Assembly (NCBI RefSeq): GCF_000737315.1
Contig: NZ_JMCB01000008.1
Coordinates: forward strand, 124,001-188,000
Reading direction: 5' to 3'
Length of the DNA stretch: 64,000 nucleotides
From: Hyalangium minutum
GTDB taxonomy: Bacteria > Myxococcota > Myxococcia > Myxococcales > Myxococcaceae
The notes under the pieces are model-generated. The model searched no databases and had not been told where the DNA came from. It was given only the letters and a program-made list of their open reading frames with translations. Below are positions 62,455 to 64,000 of this stretch, piece by piece. The stretch's first letter is position 1; every line of letters starts with the position of its first letter. The position numbers were made by a program, and so were the translations under genes.

Positions 62455-62712
62455 GTGAAGCCGGTGAAGATCTACACCACCAACTACTGTGGCTACTGCG
62501 TCCGGGCGAAGGACCTGCTCAAGCGCAAGGGCGTGAATTACGAGGAAGTGGACGTCACCGGCAACGACGACATGCGCACCCAGCTCGTGGAGATGAGCGG
62601 CGGCCAGCGCACGGTGCCGCAGATCTTCATCGGCGACACCCACGTGGGCGGCTACTCCGACTTGGCAGAGTTGGACCGCAACGGCCGCCTGGACCCGATG
62701 CTCCAAGGCTGA
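62455..62712 (+). CDS. grxC: Glutaredoxin 3
   Basis: CGYC active site, RTVPQIFIG, GGYSDL. Confidence 0.92.
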   Translation: MKPVKIYTTNYCGYCVRAKDLLKRKGVNYEEVDVTGNDDMRTQLVEMSGGQRTVPQIFIGDTHVGGYSDLAELDRNGRLDPMLQG

Positions 62713-62801
62713 GCAAGCAGACAGGCAGTCAACCCCCTCGGCACGTCTCCGGGCGTGAATAGCTTCCTGGGAAGGACAAAAACCTACCCAGGAGGAAGCA
62801 C

Positions 62802-63197
62802 ATGGCCGGTGAAGAGCGACAGACGGGGACCCGTGACGAGCACTACAACCTGATCAGCGCGCTGTACCACCTGCTCAAGGGTGCCTCGACGGCGGAGCAG
62901 TACATCCAAGACGCCCAGGAGGCAGGCGATCAGGAACTCGTGCAGTTCTTCAAGGATTGGCAGGACGAGCAGCGCAACTTCTCCGAGCGCGCCAAGAACC
63001 TGCTCAGCGGCCGGATGACCCATGCCCGCGCCGGCGTCGGAGCCGGCAAGAAGGCCGCCGGTGCCAAGCGCGAGACGCGCGAGATGAGGGACGTCACCAA
63101 CGCCAACGTGAGGTCCGGCGGCAACGCGAAGGACGACATCGTGGACGAGCAGTCCAAGGAGTCCTTCCCCGCCAGTGACTCGCCCGCGAAGTACTAG
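62802..63197 (+). CDS. Small hypothetical protein, helical N-terminus and SFPASD C-terminal motif
   Basis: GGAGG RBS; YNLISALYHLL...EQYIQDA...ELVQFF; DEQSKESFPASDSP. Confidence 0.78.
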   Translation: MAGEERQTGTRDEHYNLISALYHLLKGASTAEQYIQDAQEAGDQELVQFFKDWQDEQRNFSERAKNLLSGRMTHARAGVGAGKKAAGAKRETREMRDVTNANVRSGGNAKDDIVDEQSKESFPASDSPAKY

Positions 63198-63262
63198 CCC
63201 GAGGGCTCGGCCCGCGGAGTCCTGCTGGATTCCGCGAGGCCGATGGTCTTGACTCACCGGCC

Positions 63263-64000
63263 GTGAACCGTGCCGGACCGCTTCTCGTGGGTGCCCTCCT
63301 GCTGCTGGCCCTCACGGGTGCTGCGTGCAGCTCGGGGTACAAGATTCAGCGTGATGTGCCCGCGGAGCTGTCCGCCTCCGCGGTGATGGTCTACCCCTTC
63401 CAGTTCCGGTGGCCGGAGCGCGCGTATCGCTCCTTCGAGCTGTCCCAGCGGCTCATCGACGTGGCCCTTGCCGAGGCTGGTGAGAGGGCCCTCTTCTTCG
63501 GCCCCTCCGAGTTCAAGGTCTACCGTCCGGACGACAACAACGCCTGGGCGGCCAGCACCGCCGTGCCCCTGCTGGTGCCCTACAGCGTCCGCCCCGAGCA
63601 GGCCTTGGTGCTTCGTTCCTGGGCGGAGCGCCGCGTCCAATCGGGGCAGCGCGAGCTGCTCGACGACAAGGGCCGCCCCATGGGCCAGAGCACCGTGGAG
63701 GAGACGACGTACCTGGGCCACGTGGAGGTGCTGCACCCCTCGACTCAGCGCCGGGTGCTGGAGATCTCCGGCGAAGTCCAAGCAGATCCCTTCGCCGAGC
63801 GCACGGATGACGGCGCGGATCCGGCGCCCGAGCTCACCGTCCTCATGGAGAAGCTCACCCGGCAGGCGCTGCAGGCCCTGAAGGAGCACCTGCACGCTCC
63901 CCGAGCGCCCTCCCCTGCCCCCGCCACGGTGGCGAGCATCCCCTGGCAGGCCTTCGAATATGCAGACGAGGGGCGCCCGGCCCACGTGGGGGCGCTGGCA
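63263..64000 (+). CDS. Partial lipoprotein running off the window end
   Basis: Not in the ORF track. GTG 63263 gives VNRAGPLLVGALLLLALTGAAC (lipobox), and the frame stays open to 64000 with GC-rich third positions. Confidence 0.75.
   Translation, partial: MNRAGPLLVGALLLLALTGAACSSGYKIQRDVPAELSASAVMVYPFQFRWPERAYRSFELSQRLIDVALAEAGERALFFGPSEFKVYRPDDNNAWAASTAVPLLVPYSVRPEQALVLRSWAERRVQSGQRELLDDKGRPMGQSTVEETTYLGHVEVLHPSTQRRVLEISGEVQADPFAERTDDGADPAPELTVLMEKLTRQALQALKEHLHAPRAPSPAPATVASIPWQAFEYADEGRPAHVGALA

Overview
High-GC myxobacterial chromosome segment (Myxococcales, probably Archangiaceae), inferred from gene content and codon style. The backbone runs ffh, the complete gliding-motility gltD-J cluster (including a 4091-aa GltI/AgmK), a DnaC-like ATPase, cutA, cheB, terC, aspartate kinase, a GldAFG-like ABC system, rpoZ, CIRCE-controlled groES-groEL and grxC. 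Accessory or unexplained parts are: (i) a decaying island left of tRNA-Leu(TAA) with a group 3b [NiFe]-hydrogenase operon in which three genes are intact and the rest are collapsed remnants, plus atpD and integrase remnants; (ii) a low-GC patch spanning an Ig-like lipoprotein and a RelA/SpoT-like protein; (iii) a lipoprotein nuclease toxin/immunity locus; (iv) a nucleotidyltransferase-metallophosphoesterase-WGR-like operon; (v) an ECF sigma/anti-sigma/exported caspase cassette bracketed by two paralogous lipoproteins, which is the best candidate for an uncharacterised system. All family assignments come from motifs read by eye and from recall of known families. No database searches were run.
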